A stretch of DNA of 51,153 nt, from the NCBI RefSeq assembly GCF_006345805.1, contig NW_021834176.1, positions 1 through 51,153 of the forward strand, in the 5' to 3' direction. The notes under the pieces are model-generated. The model did not search any database. It was not told the origin of the DNA and saw only the letters and a program-made list of their open reading frames with translations. The stretch comes from Octopus sinensis. Taxonomy: Eukaryota. Positions 35,071 to 47,474 of the stretch are shown piece by piece; the first letter of the stretch is position 1; every line of letters begins with the position of its first letter. The translations under genes and the position numbers were made by a program.

Positions 35071-35619
35071 TTAATAAATAACAAACAAGTAAATCTGCCG
35101 TTAAGAGGATTAGGTGCTACAAGGTTACATCGACCTGGATTCAATGTTTTATAGGATATTTGGACAATAAATTGATAGAAATATGGCGTTTTGGCTTTAG
35201 ATGTTTACAAGGAAACTACTCAACTGAAATGGAGCTAGCATGTCACGGCAAAAGCTTATTTATGCTCTCGCGGTTCTTTGATTGGAATTAGACAGAAATC
35301 TACTCGTTCGACTTCTGGATCATTGTTTTGAGTTATAAGTCACATTGCCGGGTTGTAAACACTTAACATGTCTTAAATCCACAATGCCTTTCGGAATGAT
35401 GCATTTCAGAAACGACAAGCAGAATTGTTATTTATTCCGTACTTGAGTGTTTGGGAATTATCTAAATAAGAATATTCTTGATGTCACTCTGCTGTTTGAT
35501 TTTACCGTATTGCTAAATAGTGGTCACAGGTTCAATACCGCTGCCGAGCTTTAGGTTCCAGGTGCGTGTCTACGTGTCAGCGCTTAAATTTTGTTTTTAT
35601 TTCGAGAATCAAATAACAT

Positions 35620-35771
35620 ATGATGATGATGATGATGATGACGACGATGTTGATAATGATGATGATAACGACGATAGTAACGAAGATGTTGATGATGATG
35701 ATGATGTTGATGACGATGGTAACGAAGATGGTGATGATGATGATAATGATGATGATGATGATGATGATGAT

Positions 35772-35834
<63 letters not shown>

Positions 35835-36090
35835 GATGGTGATGATGATGAAGATAACGACGATGATGATAATGATGATGAATTACGACGATGGTAACGA
35901 AGATGTTGATGATGATGATGATGATGATGATAATGATGAAGATAATGACGATGTGATGATGGTGATGATAATGATGACGAGGATAATGGAGATGGTGGTG
36001 ATGATTATGGTGGTGTTGGTGTTGGTGATATAATGAGGAGGAGGAGAGGGAAGGGGAGAGAAGGAGGAGGAGGAAGAGGATAGTTTTGTT
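35620..36090. repeat. (GAT)n/(GAC)n/(GAG)n tract
   Basis: Produces the poly-Asp and poly-Met pseudo-ORFs. Confidence 0.95.
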
Positions 36091-36852
36091 GTTGCTGTTG
36101 CTGATCGAAAATTATTGAAATCGTCAATAACAAACTATGATGAATATCGATTAGAGCCGTAATCATAAAACCTGTTAAGAAGTGGCTAAGTAAAAACCAA
36201 CAAAAAGTATAACAACACGGTATGCAACCAGTTTATGTGACGGAGGGGTTGGAATAGCTGAGTGATTAAAACAGTCACTTCGGAACAAGTGTCTTGAGTA
36301 AGTGTCGACCATTAAAAGCCCCTCGGTCGATTAATTCCTGATGAATGAATTTACTTACATCCCCGTAACTTAGCTGTTCGACATATAAATTGTTAGAATA
36401 AGGACAAGATTTTATAGCTATGTATTGGAGTCGCTTTATCCAACTAAGCCCTTCGTGATAGTGGCCCAATGACTCAAAGCAGTAAAATGTAAAAAAATAA
36501 AAGATATGACCAGTAATTATTTAGTATTTTTTTTTTTTTTTTTTTTTGGCTTTTTTTTCCATTTTTGGTATATTTTCCAGACTCTTGCACCGTTATTAAT
36601 CAATATAAATAAAATGAAATACAAACAAAATCTGATCAGTATCAAACCTTTTAGAATAAACCAATCAATCACTATCTCGTATGTAGCAATTCAGCAACCC
36701 CAATTTACGGTTCCATTTTCATCGGTAATTGCTTTGAAAAAATAAATAAATAAATAAATAAATAAATAAGTAAATGAATGAATGAATGAACAATGAAACG
36801 CTGAAATGAAAGACCGAAGGCAATTTGCTTCCTTGCATACCGACGACTTTTA

Positions 36853-37095
36853 TACGATGTCTGATCAATATGTATCCGGACCGTCAGCATAGTAACGAAG
36901 CTGAAGCAAGCAGAATGAAGCCGCTTGGCTCAGATTGACTGCGTAAGCTGCTGCGCATGCGCACAAAGTTCTAATGTTCTAGCTCACTTCCGCTTTTCAC
37001 AGCAGTATTTTGAAGGAAGGTGTGTAGCGTGTGATCGTCGCATTGACCATGACATAGAAAGTTGTCATGGCGATACCCAAGACATACAAAAATGA
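36853..37095 (+). mobile_element. mariner-type transposon 5' fragment
   Basis: TA-CGATGTCTGATCAATATGTATCCGGAC is a TIR-like start. A leader ends in ACCATGACATAGAAAGTT, a decayed MTE(K/R)V transposase start, with GGCGATACC (GDT) downstream. Confidence 0.55.
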
Positions 37096-37209
37096 GTTCG
37101 TGATGTACTTATCAATCCATCAAGAGTTAAGAGCGGAAGGCAATATTTTCTGCTATACTTTGTGATTAATTAGCAAAATTGCATGATTCAACAATCAGAC
37201 AAGATTTTA

Positions 37210-37550
37210 CTAACCTAGGGATCGTTTGAAAGCCGTGAAATCACTTTTGTCCTTTATGTGTGTCTGGTACGATACGATGCTGAAGAGAGCAGGGCCAATT
37301 CAGGTGAAATAGTTCTGTCATAGTGTTGTGATACGACACGAACATTTCTGTAGTGGACGGATAGCACGGGGGCCAAGCCTCGGACGAATTTTAAAGATGG
37401 GCAATGTTGCTGGAATATTCTCCAAATCATACAGATGATATGAAGCTGACAACGGCGGTGGAGGGAGCATAGCCTGAGCTTTACGAGTCGATCCCAATAG
37501 TCAAGGCTTGTCATGTCATCCTCCGCAGACTTTCGCCAAGTAGCTCATTT
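37210..37550 (-). pseudogene. CR1/L2-type LINE ORF2 C-terminal fragment
   Basis: LDYWDRLVKLRLCSLHRR...IICMIWRIF and, in other frames, IGPALFSI and KSDFTAFKRSL. This parallels the larger copy at 41643-42335. Confidence 0.8.
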
Positions 37551-37844
37551 TAAGATAGATAGGAGAGTAAAATTACTAATAGAGAAACGAAAATAAACTT
37601 TGGGAACAGCAACGCCACCATAGGTTACGTGGAAACGATGAACGTGTTTCAAGGGAGATAATCAAAGAACGTAACAATGTAATACTTCATGTAAATTAAA
37701 TATAACAAATGAAAAATCCTTAAAAAATCCATAAAAATCATCGGATCACTACCAAAATTTCATCATCTGTTCCTTGTGTCATTACACTCCAGCCTTCTTC
37801 GGGTGTCTCGGGGAAATTTCAAACCTGGGTTCTTATTTCCCCAA

Positions 37845-37890
37845 GACACCTGATGAAGGCTGGAGGGTACATCAGCCGAAACGTTGTGTT
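37845..37890 (+). ncRNA. Minimal type I hammerhead ribozyme with an intact catalytic core
   Basis: GACAC-CTGATGA-A-GGCTG(GAGGGTACAT)CAGCC-GAAAC-GTT-GTGTT. All core nucleotides are present, stem I is 5 bp, stem II is 5 bp, stem III is the palindrome AACGTT (dimer type), and the predicted cut is after U37885. Confidence 0.85.
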
Positions 37891-38213
37891 AACAACAAAC
37901 AAGATGAGGATTAATATCTGTCGAATGTAAATAATGTAAATAATGTAACTAATGAACATAATTCCTCATCGCTTAAATATAGAAGTGTAAGCCCTCCGAT
38001 GTGTGGACATGGCCTGATGTAAAGTCAACCAATACGTTGTCCAGGCCTTGTGTCTTAAGAGTGAGCGTGAGACTAGTAGACCAAACCGTAAATAAACTAA
38101 AAGAAGGCATCGGTAAACCATTGTTGCATCGTCCTTAAGAAAAATCATGATTTTTTCTAATTTTGGCATGGACTTGATGGCCGACGGCTGGAGACAAGAC
38201 ACATGAAAACAGT

Positions 38214-38219
<6 letters not shown>

Positions 38220-38258
<39 letters not shown>

Positions 38259-38275
38259 GAGATACAGACAAACAG
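38220..38275. repeat. (GA)n microsatellite
   Basis: Direct reading of the sequence. Confidence 0.95.
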
Positions 38276-39086
38276 ACAGTATATGGGGCTTCCTTTATAC
38301 CGTCCGTCTATTTCGAAAACTGTGTGGTTTATAATTTGCCTACTATCATTGTAACAGTTTCAGCGATGACTTAGAGACTCCATCCCAGACACTGAAAACG
38401 TTTTTGGTGCCTGATTCCAAGCGATAACAAAGAAAATAGGCAACCTGTTTAAATATATATTTCAATACGTAAATTAGATTCGATTCACTCAACAATATAT
38501 TTCCAAAAACAATATATTCTCCATAAGAAAAGTATAGAAAATCAAAAATATATCCCAGAATACAATGCTGTATCTAAATCAATTCCAATTTCTACTCGTT
38601 CCCTAAATTCCCAAGATAACATTTTGCTAAAATCCCATAAAACTCTGCTATATTACATTTCGTTGAGGTCTTCTCTATATTATATTGTCTGCTTTGCTGT
38701 TGTTGTTATTGTTTTTTATATTAATGTTGTTGTTGTTGGTAGTGGTGGTGGTGTTAGTGTTGGTGGTGATGGCGGTGGTTGGTTGCTTTATTAATCTCTT
38801 ATTCTTCCATATTTCGTTTATAAAAAAAAAACCTATTAAATGGTTTCCTCTAAACAACAAATGGACTATTATGGCTGCTACCAACAGTATTTTACTGTTA
38901 AATCGGTCTCTGCTGTGGGAGAAAACACACAACCACCAACCCACACACCTGCACACAAGTTTATTATATGTGTGTGAGTGTATATACATATGCATCTATA
39001 TAACTATAGCTACATTTTGTATATACACAATGTATACATACACACAAACATATATGTGTATACATTATATACACCACATATAAATA

Positions 39087-39119
<33 letters not shown>

Positions 39120-39123
39120 CATT

Positions 39124-39161
<38 letters not shown>

Positions 39162-39486
39162 CATGCATACATACATACATACATACATACATACATAGAC
39201 ATACTTATATGCATATATTCACATATATATACAGATATATATATGGGTGTGTTGGTGTATAGAAATATGCATGTATATGGATATGGCTGTATCTATGTAT
39301 AGATGTAGACACACAAATATACATATATACATACAAACATAAAATGTCCGTTCATACGATCGAATGAATCCACAATTAAAGATGTCAATGTGTAAAACCA
39401 GACGAGATGGAGATTATATTCAATACTCTCACTGCTAGATGCTCGATGAACCTACTAGAAATAGCAGCCAAATTTATCAAACCAAA

Positions 39487-39566
39487 ACAATGTAATTCCC
39501 CCTCGAAAGACTGGATAATATAAGTAGGGGATGATTTTATCGCTTACTGAGGGGGAATTACATTGT
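39487..39566. repeat. 18-bp perfect inverted repeat with a 44-bp spacer (mini-MITE-like)
   Basis: ACAATGTAATTCCCCCTC (39487-39504) and GAGGGGGAATTACATTGT (39549-39566). No clear TSD. Confidence 0.75.
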
Positions 39567-39927
39567 CCTCGGCTTCAACAAGGTCTCGGATGAAGGTCAT
39601 CACTCTCCACTCGAAGATTTGGTGCAAATATCTACGTCAGAGTGGATCCGAATGTAGGCAACTAAGAAGGATTTGGTTGCCTTTAATGTGGTGGGGAATT
39701 AGTTCTGAATGAATAATTACAGTCGATAGACATTTGGGATTCAGTCTTGAATACGTGGAATTATCAACTCCTGAATTCATTTTAAGCATTTGCGCCTTCC
39801 ACTAACACATGAAGACTTAACGTAATTCTAAAACGTAAGGGATGTGACACAATAAGTCTGTTAAAGGCTGCTTACGAGAGGATTTCGCAGTGCTGTTTTG
39901 GTACCCGCTATTGGACGTCGTTGATTG

Positions 39928-39929
<2 letters not shown>

Positions 39930-39999
<70 letters not shown>

Positions 40000-40000
40000 C

Positions 40001-40034
<34 letters not shown>

Positions 40035-40035
40035 G
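39930..40035. repeat. (GA)n/(GACA)n microsatellite
   Basis: Direct reading of the sequence. Confidence 0.95.
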
Positions 40036-40559
40036 CAAGAGAATATAAAGAGAGAGACGAGATGTACGATGTAAAAGTTTGTTTCACCAACTGAAATCCA
40101 TAACCGCGAATGTTTTCCGCAGCCTTTATCATATAAAAAAATGTATTTTATTGTACAATAAAACTATGTGGTTCCTAGCCTGATCCATTAGAACACCATT
40201 TTTATGAGGACCACCGGATTAGTTATATCCATATATGGAATATGTATGTATATATATATATATATATATCTATATATATAATATATATATACATACGTGT
40301 GTGTGTGTGTGTGTGTGTACAGGTGTAAAGCGAGCTTAATTTGTAGGTATATATATATACAATAAGCTACTTTTGCACACATACGGTCTCAGATTCAGTC
40401 CTGCTGTGCGGTATCTTGAGCAAGAGTATTCAAGAGTTTGATTATTTGAGTCTATGTATAAATCCGTCGTACATATGCAAGTTTGTGAGCGCATGCGCAC
40501 TCGTATATGTGCGTATGTGATTACGCGCGTCTCCCTTTGCACCTTTGTCCCTTCAACAT

Positions 40560-40690
40560 CGCCTGAGAACCGGTTTGATTTATAAGCAAGAGGTTTCAAA
40601 AACAAAACCTAGGGTCGATTTGTTTGACTACATTCTTCAACACGGTGCTCCAGCATGACCGCAGCCCAATGACTGAAACAAATAAAAGAA
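40560..40690 (+). mobile_element. SINE family A-like tail (old)
   Basis: GGGTCGATTTGTTTGAC...GGTGCTCCAGCATGACCGCAGCCCAATGACTGAAACAAATAAAAG. Confidence 0.75.
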
Positions 40691-40911
40691 AAATATATTG
40701 ATGGATCTAAATTTCAGTTTATGTGCACTCTGCATGTTTCTAATGATTAGGACTGTTATGTCGATTAAAGTGAATCTGCCATTAAAATATTAATCATCAA
40801 ATGAATGATTTTATCTACTTCAGCTCACGTTTCAAAATATATTATCGCCATTAATATCATAACGTGTCGCGCGTGTACTTACCATTACCAAGTCAAGGGT
40901 TTTATATATAT

Positions 40912-40997
<86 letters not shown>

Positions 40998-41073
40998 CAA
41001 CAAATTGAGGAACGGCTATAATAGGCCGTTCGACCCACTAGAAATAGCAACCAGGGCTAACCGCAAATAGTAA

Positions 41074-41467
41074 TAATTCCGGAATCAGAGGAAAAATTAA
41101 AAAAAACATTTACCCTGTTTCTATTGAATTTTTTGCTACCCTAATATTGATTAATTGATAATTTTCTGATTAATTCCGAAATTGAATCGGCAGTTTATAT
41201 TTGCTGCCGATAAGTTGGCGCGAGTACGATGATTTTGAAAATTTTAGGTCAGATACTGCCGAGGCATGAAGGTAGCTGCCTCGTGTAATTTCTGTCCCTT
41301 TCTGGCTCCTTTACTGATGAACGCGTTGGCCTTTGGAAGATTGACTTGATTGAGTTTAATTTAATTTAATCAGGCTGGTTTACCATTAAAAAACGCTGAA
41401 ACAATGCATTGTCTAAAGAAGAACAGGGTAAATGTTTTTTTTAATTTTTCCTCTGATTCCGGAATTA
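41074..41467. mobile_element. 394-bp MITE with perfect 46-bp terminal inverted repeats (terminal TA included)
   Basis: TAATTCCGGAATCAGAGGAAAAATTAAAAAAAACATTTACCCTGTT (41074-41119) and its exact reverse complement (41422-41467). Confidence 0.9.
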
Positions 41468-41564
41468 AGCAATAATACATCTCTGGGGCTACAAGTTACA
41501 GCAGCATCCACCCTTAAGGGTTATCCACATTTAAGTAGCAAGTATACCTTATACATATATATAT

Positions 41565-42917
41565 TTTTTTTTATCTAGTTCCAGCTCATGAGCTATGGCC
41601 ATGCTGGGGCACCTCCATTCGGTGTTGCTACATGATTTTACTTCACGAATGCTTTTTAGCAATTGACATTTGGTGTATGAGAGAGTTTGATGCAGCTGCC
41701 CTCATCTGCACCTCCTGCCGTGAAGTTGGTTCATCTGGGACATCTGAGAGGAAGAGATCCAGTTTTATTTTAAAGACATCTGCATCCACCCCATGCATGA
41801 CTCTCAGGTCCTTCGGGAGGATATTGAAGAGCTGTGGACCTCTGAAGCCATGGCTATCACAGTATCTCGTCCTACATCTTGATGGCAAATTTGGAGTCCT
41901 TGGCACTATGCAGTGGCACCCAGTTCTGTCATTTGTGTAACTCTCGATGCCAAAGTTTGGGACAAGTCCTTCCAGGATCTTCCAGATGTATATTATGGCA
42001 TATTTTTCTCGCCTACTCTCTAAGGAATAGAGTCTTAATCTCTTGAGTCTTTCCCAATAGCTTATAAGCTGCACAGAGGCTATCTTCTTCGTGTAGCTTC
42101 GTTGGATCGCCACAAGTTCTGTGATTAACTTGACACTGGTTGGTGACCAAAGCTGAGAGCAATAGTCAAAGTGGCTTAGGACAAGTGTCCTCCAGAGGAC
42201 CATCATGGTTTCCTGGTCTCTTGTTCTAAAGGTTCTAAGAATCCATTCGGTCAGCCGCCTACATTTCATTGCCAATTTAGCAACATGCACATGAAAGGTT
42301 GCATCATTACTCATGTAAATACCCAGGTCTCGCACTGGTTGTGCCTCTGGGATTGCAATCCCTCAGGTCCAGTGTATTTATTGGGTATTGCATTTAATTT
42401 TGCATGCTGATAACATAAAGCTTGAAACTTTTTAGCATTGAACTGCATGCTATTCTTTTCAGCCCACTTGTATATTTTGTCCAGGTCACATTGCAGGTGC
42501 ATAGTGTCTTCAGGGTTCTGTATTACCTGTGAAACTTTTGTATCATCAGCATAACATGTGATCGTGGCTCTCTCTGTGTGTTTGCGGGCATATCTAAGCA
42601 GGCCATTTTGAACAGTAGTGGTCCCAAAACAGTGCCTTCCGGAACACCGCTCACTATTTGCGTGTTATTGGAGGTGGCCCCATTGGCTACTACCACCTGA
42701 CTTCTATCCTTCAGAGAGTCATGAAGCCATTCTCCCAATTTTCCAACTATGCCAAGATTACGCAGTTTGTGACATATCATTCCATGATCGATTTTATCAA
42801 AGGCCTTTGCAAAGTCGAGATATATGACTTCCACATTTGAGTGGTTGAGCAGTTGTTTCAGCACCCAGTCATAGTGTTGTAGGAGCTGAGTTAGGCAGCT
42901 TCTTCCTGGTCGAAACC

Positions 42918-42920
<3 letters not shown>
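41565..42920 (-). mobile_element. 5'-truncated CR1/L2-type LINE (RT domain to 3' tail), frameshifted
   Basis: HGFRPGRSCLTQLL, YLDFAKAFDKIDH, SGVPEGTVLGPLLF, CYADDTK (42553..42542), RDLGIYMS, DYCSQLWSP and YWERLKRLRLYSLESRR span three frames; the ORF ends at 41643 and a 3' tail follows. Confidence 0.95.
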
Positions 42921-42950
<30 letters not shown>

Positions 42951-42951
<1 letters not shown>

Positions 42952-43190
42952 GCGTAGGAGTGGCTGTGGTAAGTAGCTTTGTTACGAACTACATAGTTCC
43001 GGTTTCAGTCCCACTGCGTGGCACCTTGGGCAAGTGTCTTCTACTATAGCCTGGGTCCAACCTAAGCCTTGTGGGTGGATTTGGTAAACTGAAACTGAAA
43101 GAAGCCCGTCGTATATATGTATATGTATATATCTATATGTGGGTATGTGTGTGTTTGTGTGTCTGTGTTTGTCACCCCAACATCGCTTGT
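42951..43190 (+). mobile_element. SINE family A, 5' half
   Basis: GGCGTAGGAGTGGCTGTGGTAAGTAGC...CCCACTGCGTGGCACCTTGGGCAAGTGTC...GAAGCCCGTCG. Confidence 0.9.
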
Positions 43191-43199
43191 TATATTTTT

Positions 43200-43495
43200 T
43201 TATGGCAAATAAGCAACTCTTTGTATTAATTTTTACGGTTCATAGGATCATAGTCAAGGTAGCTTCATCATTCATACGTGCCATCCTTGCAACATTCACC
43301 CATCTCTTTTTCAAAACATTCACTAGACAAAACCTTGCCTCTCTACTCTCACTTTCCTCTTCAAGTGATACTTGAAGAAATTGATGAGAGATTGACCAGA
43401 AAGGAAAGTGTTTGTCTCTAATCATTTCAGGCGCGTCCACCAGATATATTCTTTCGCCATAGCCACAAAAATAGCTCTTCCTTCCCGTTTGAAGG
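43200..43495 (-). pseudogene. Probable L1/Tx1-clade LINE ORF2 C-terminal fragment
   Basis: [42 protein letters not shown], then a frameshift, then KRWVNVARM. The clade assignment rests on the recalled W..R...F.KRW C-terminal pattern. Confidence 0.5.
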
Positions 43496-43496
43496 A

Positions 43497-43513
43497 AGAT
43501 AGATAGATAGATT

Positions 43514-43602
<89 letters not shown>

Positions 43603-43612
43603 ACAGACAGGC

Positions 43613-43698
<86 letters not shown>

Positions 43699-43715
43699 GC
43701 AGGTAGGTAGGTAGG

Positions 43716-43795
<80 letters not shown>
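43497..43795. repeat. (GATA)n microsatellite
   Basis: Direct reading of the sequence. Confidence 0.95.
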
Positions 43796-44199
43796 ATGAA
43801 ACCTACTGGGAAATAATGTTGCAAAAAAAATATCGATTAATTGTAAACATTGTCCTTCGGTGTAGTCGTTCATTTTGTCTGACAATATGTCGAGATTTAT
43901 TTTATATTTGACTTTATAACATCGTGTATTACAGCTTTCTGGTTGGTTAGTTCACAATGTATATGATGTTAGTGTATGGTTTTAATGTTTATATGTGGCC
44001 CTATTTATTTATGCATGTGCGCTACTGGTTATTACATAAACATTCGTGAAATCCTATAAAAAGTGGATGTGTATGAGTATGTGCATATATTAAAAGATTT
44101 ATAATACATCATCAACGTCGTCATCATCATCATCCTCATTGTTATTATTATTATTAATATTTTTATCATTATTATTTTATTATTGTTATTCTTATTATT

Positions 44200-44370
44200 A
44201 AGGCGGTGAGCTAGTAGAATCGTTAGCGGTATTTGATCTGCCGCTACGTTCTGCGTTCAGATTCCTTTTGGGGTCGATTAATAAAGTACCAGTGAAACAC
44301 TGGAGTCGATGTAATTGATTAGTCCCCTCCCATTAAATTTCAAGCCTTGTGCCTTTAGCAGAAATTATTA

Positions 44371-44425
<55 letters not shown>

Positions 44426-44471
44426 CATTATTATTATCATCATCATAATCATCATCATCATCATCATCATC

Positions 44472-44503
<32 letters not shown>

Positions 44504-45005
44504 TAGCATTATTATTATTATTATCATTATCGTTATTATCATTATTATTTAATCTGGCGAATTGGCAGAATCGTCAGCATGCCGGGCAAGTGTTTAGTTG
44601 CATTTCGTCCGTCTTTAGGATCTGAGTTCAAATTCCGCCCACGTCCACTTTGCCTTTCATCCTTTCGTGGTCGATAAAATAAGTTAACAGTTGATCACTG
44701 AGGGTGATGTAATCGACGCCCAACCTCCTACCCCCGCACCCAAATTATCATGTTCTGTAATAACCGTAGAAAATATAATTATTATCATTATTAAGGCGGC
44801 GAGCTGGCGGAATTGTTAGCACTATGTTTAATGACATTTCATCTGTCTTTACTTCCTGAGTTTTGACTTGGCAGTTCGTCGAGATCCACTTTGCCTTTCA
44901 TCCTTTCTGGATCGATAAATAAGTACCAGTCAAGTAAAAAGGTTCGATGTAATCGATTCATTCTATGCGCCAAAATTTTAAGCTTTGTGAGAATGGATTG
45001 AACAC
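44200..45005 (+). mobile_element. Three co-oriented SINE family B copies separated by (ATT/ATC)n
   Basis: Heads at about 44200, 44552 and 44792; each has TTTGCCTTTCATCC or GGGGTCGAT..AAGTACCAG. Confidence 0.85.
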
Positions 45006-45317
45006 ACTTTGTTGCATAATACAACAATCGTTTCATCACGTTTCAGTTTAGTAGTAGATTGTTGCAGAAATATCATATAATAATGCATCTAATCTTTACT
45101 TTAGCAATATTAATAACTGTTGATTCTCCAGATATAAGCATAAACAGTTTGCTAAACCATATCTTATTCCACAAAATATATATCTCACATTGATTCTAGT
45201 ATAATCATTTCATTAGCATTTCAAAGTTAATTGAAGAAAACAAATACTATTAGATTGTTAACCACAAATCCAGTTCAACAGATGAATAAAACAAAAAAAT
45301 CAAAGAAAAATATGCTA

Positions 45318-45725
45318 AAGGTAGATGTGTGCTAAGTAGCTTGTTTACCAACCACATGTTTCCGGGTTCAGCTCCACTGCGTGGCACCTTGGGCAAGTGT
45401 CTTCTACTATAGCCTCGGGCTGACCAAAGCCTTGTGAGTGGATTTGGTAGACGGAAACTGAAAGACGCCCGTCGTATATATGTATATATATATGTGCGTG
45501 TGTGTGTTTGTGTGTCTGTGTTTGTCCCCCTAGCATTGCTTGACAACCGATGCTGGTGTGTTTATGTCCCCGTCACTTAGCGGTTCGGCAAAAAGAGACC
45601 GATAGAATAAGTACTGGGCTTACAAAGAATAAGTCCCGGGGTAGAGTTGCTCGATTAAAGGTGGTGCTCCAGCATGGCCGCAATGAAATGACTGAAACAA
45701 GTAAAAGAGAGTAAAAAGAGAGAGT
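45318..45725 (+). mobile_element. SINE family A, full length
   Basis: Head, central TA/TG tract, and tail GGTGGTGCTCCAGCATGGCCGC...GAAACAAGTAAAAGAG. Confidence 0.92.
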
Positions 45726-46506
45726 AAATAAACAGATAAAGTATATGACTTAACTGACCCTATCTCTTAATATTCAATGTCTCCCCTAACGTCAGTTAGT
45801 CATTTGAGCGCCATAGTTCAGTATGATATCGCCTTCTTTTTTTCAGAGCTGTCCTTCACCTCAAACTGAGCTATAACTGAATCGCTATCTCATTACGTCT
45901 ATAGTTCATATAATAACACGATGTGCTTGTATTGAAGATGTAAGCCACTAAAGCCGGTAAATAAACATTACGTACAGTGATTCGGGAATTTGAAATCATC
46001 TTCCATTCACACGCGCGCGAACACATACACTCACTCTCACATTTACACACACACACACTCACACATAATATATATATATACAAATACACACGCATACAGA
46101 CACATACACATGCAAAGAAATACGCTATTAATAAGATGATGCATACTAAGGTAAAATTCTCACTGTCCTGTTCTTGTTACCACTTTCAACCTCCGCAAAA
46201 ACTTTGATTTAATTTGCTTTGCGGGAAGGATTGTTTCAGGAGTAGATGAAACAGGGACAACTGATGAAAGGGGAATATTCTTTATGTTGCATGTCTCATT
46301 TCTGTGATTGTGTTTTCGTTGCTCGAAAAAAAAAGTTCGTTTTCTATGCTTTTGTTTTTACATTTTGGTTTCTGATTATGTTCAAGTTTTTTGATGTCCT
46401 GTAACCATATATGCATGTATATATACATATATATGTCGGTATGTACATATATGTATGTATATATGCATATATCAATATATTATTTATATTATATATATAT
46501 ATATCA

Positions 46507-46542
<36 letters not shown>

Positions 46543-46570
46543 CATATATATACGTATATATATATTTGCA

Positions 46571-47474
46571 TATAATTGTCACTAAATATGACTAGGGTGT
46601 TAAAAAATACCTACATTCCTAAAGATAAGAGCTAAAATGTTCTAATTCTGTAGTTAAAGCACATGAATGAAATCATATACACAAACAGGAACAATAATTG
46701 TCCGAAAAATGCAGACCAAAAAGTCTTCAGACTAACGCGTCAGTTTCGCTAATTTCCGTTGCCACCATCAGTTAAGCCAGCTCGGTTTTCGGCTATTTCC
46801 GCACCTGTTTCCCTATTAGCTATATGTTTTCGTCATCCAAATTAATGGTTGATTTAACGATTCGCTAATCTGTATACACAAGATTAATGTAAACAGCAAT
46901 GATGGCAACGGAAATTGCCGAAACTGACGCGTTAGTCTCAAAAGTTCGCGGTCGGTATTTTTTGGACAATTATGGGCTCTGTTTGTGTATGTTTTCACTC
47001 ATGTGTGTTAACTACAACATTACAGCATTTTAGCTCTTACCTCTAGCAATGTAGATGTTTACTAACAGCCTAGTCACATTTAGTGACAATATAATTCTGC
47101 TTTTTGGTGAAGCATTGGAACCTGCTTTTTACATTAATTTTGTGTATATACATTAGCGAATCGCTAATACTAATAGAGAAACAGGTCCGGAAATAGCAGA
47201 ATACCGAGCTGTCTTAACTGCTGATAGCATCGGAAATTGCCGAAACTGACGCATTAGTCTTAATTGTTTTCAGTCGGCAATTTTCGGACAATCACGGTCC
47301 CTGTTAGTGTATACCTTTTCATTCATGTCCGTTTACTACTGCATTAGGACATTTAAGATTTTATTTCTTGCAATGTAGGTGTTTTTTAACACCCAACTCA
47401 CATTTAGTGAGAATTATAATTCTCCATTTTGGTGAAACATTCCAACCTGTCCTTTACATTAATTTTTTATATAC

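Noticed and set aside
36945-37000. TGCGCATGCGCA (NRF1-like) plus CACTTCCGC (ETS-like) as a host promoter
   Set aside because: It lies inside the leader of the mariner-like fragment 36853-37095.
37983-38136. 50-codon open frame after an AG (KCKPSDVWTWP...)
   Set aside because: The acceptor has a poor pyrimidine tract and appears to derive from the end of the ribozyme-bearing repeat; no homology was recognised.
39870-39930. Two CCAAT boxes with a nearby minus-strand donor
   Set aside because: The donor is only about 35 nt from the proximal CCAAT, leaving no room for a normal transcription start and first exon.
41312-41335. CTGATGAACGCGTTGG resembling a hammerhead
   Set aside because: No stem II or GAAA segment, and it lies inside a MITE.
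46240-46290. GAAAC...CTGATGAAAGGGG as a type II hammerhead
   Set aside because: No NUH triplet or stems I and III can be formed.
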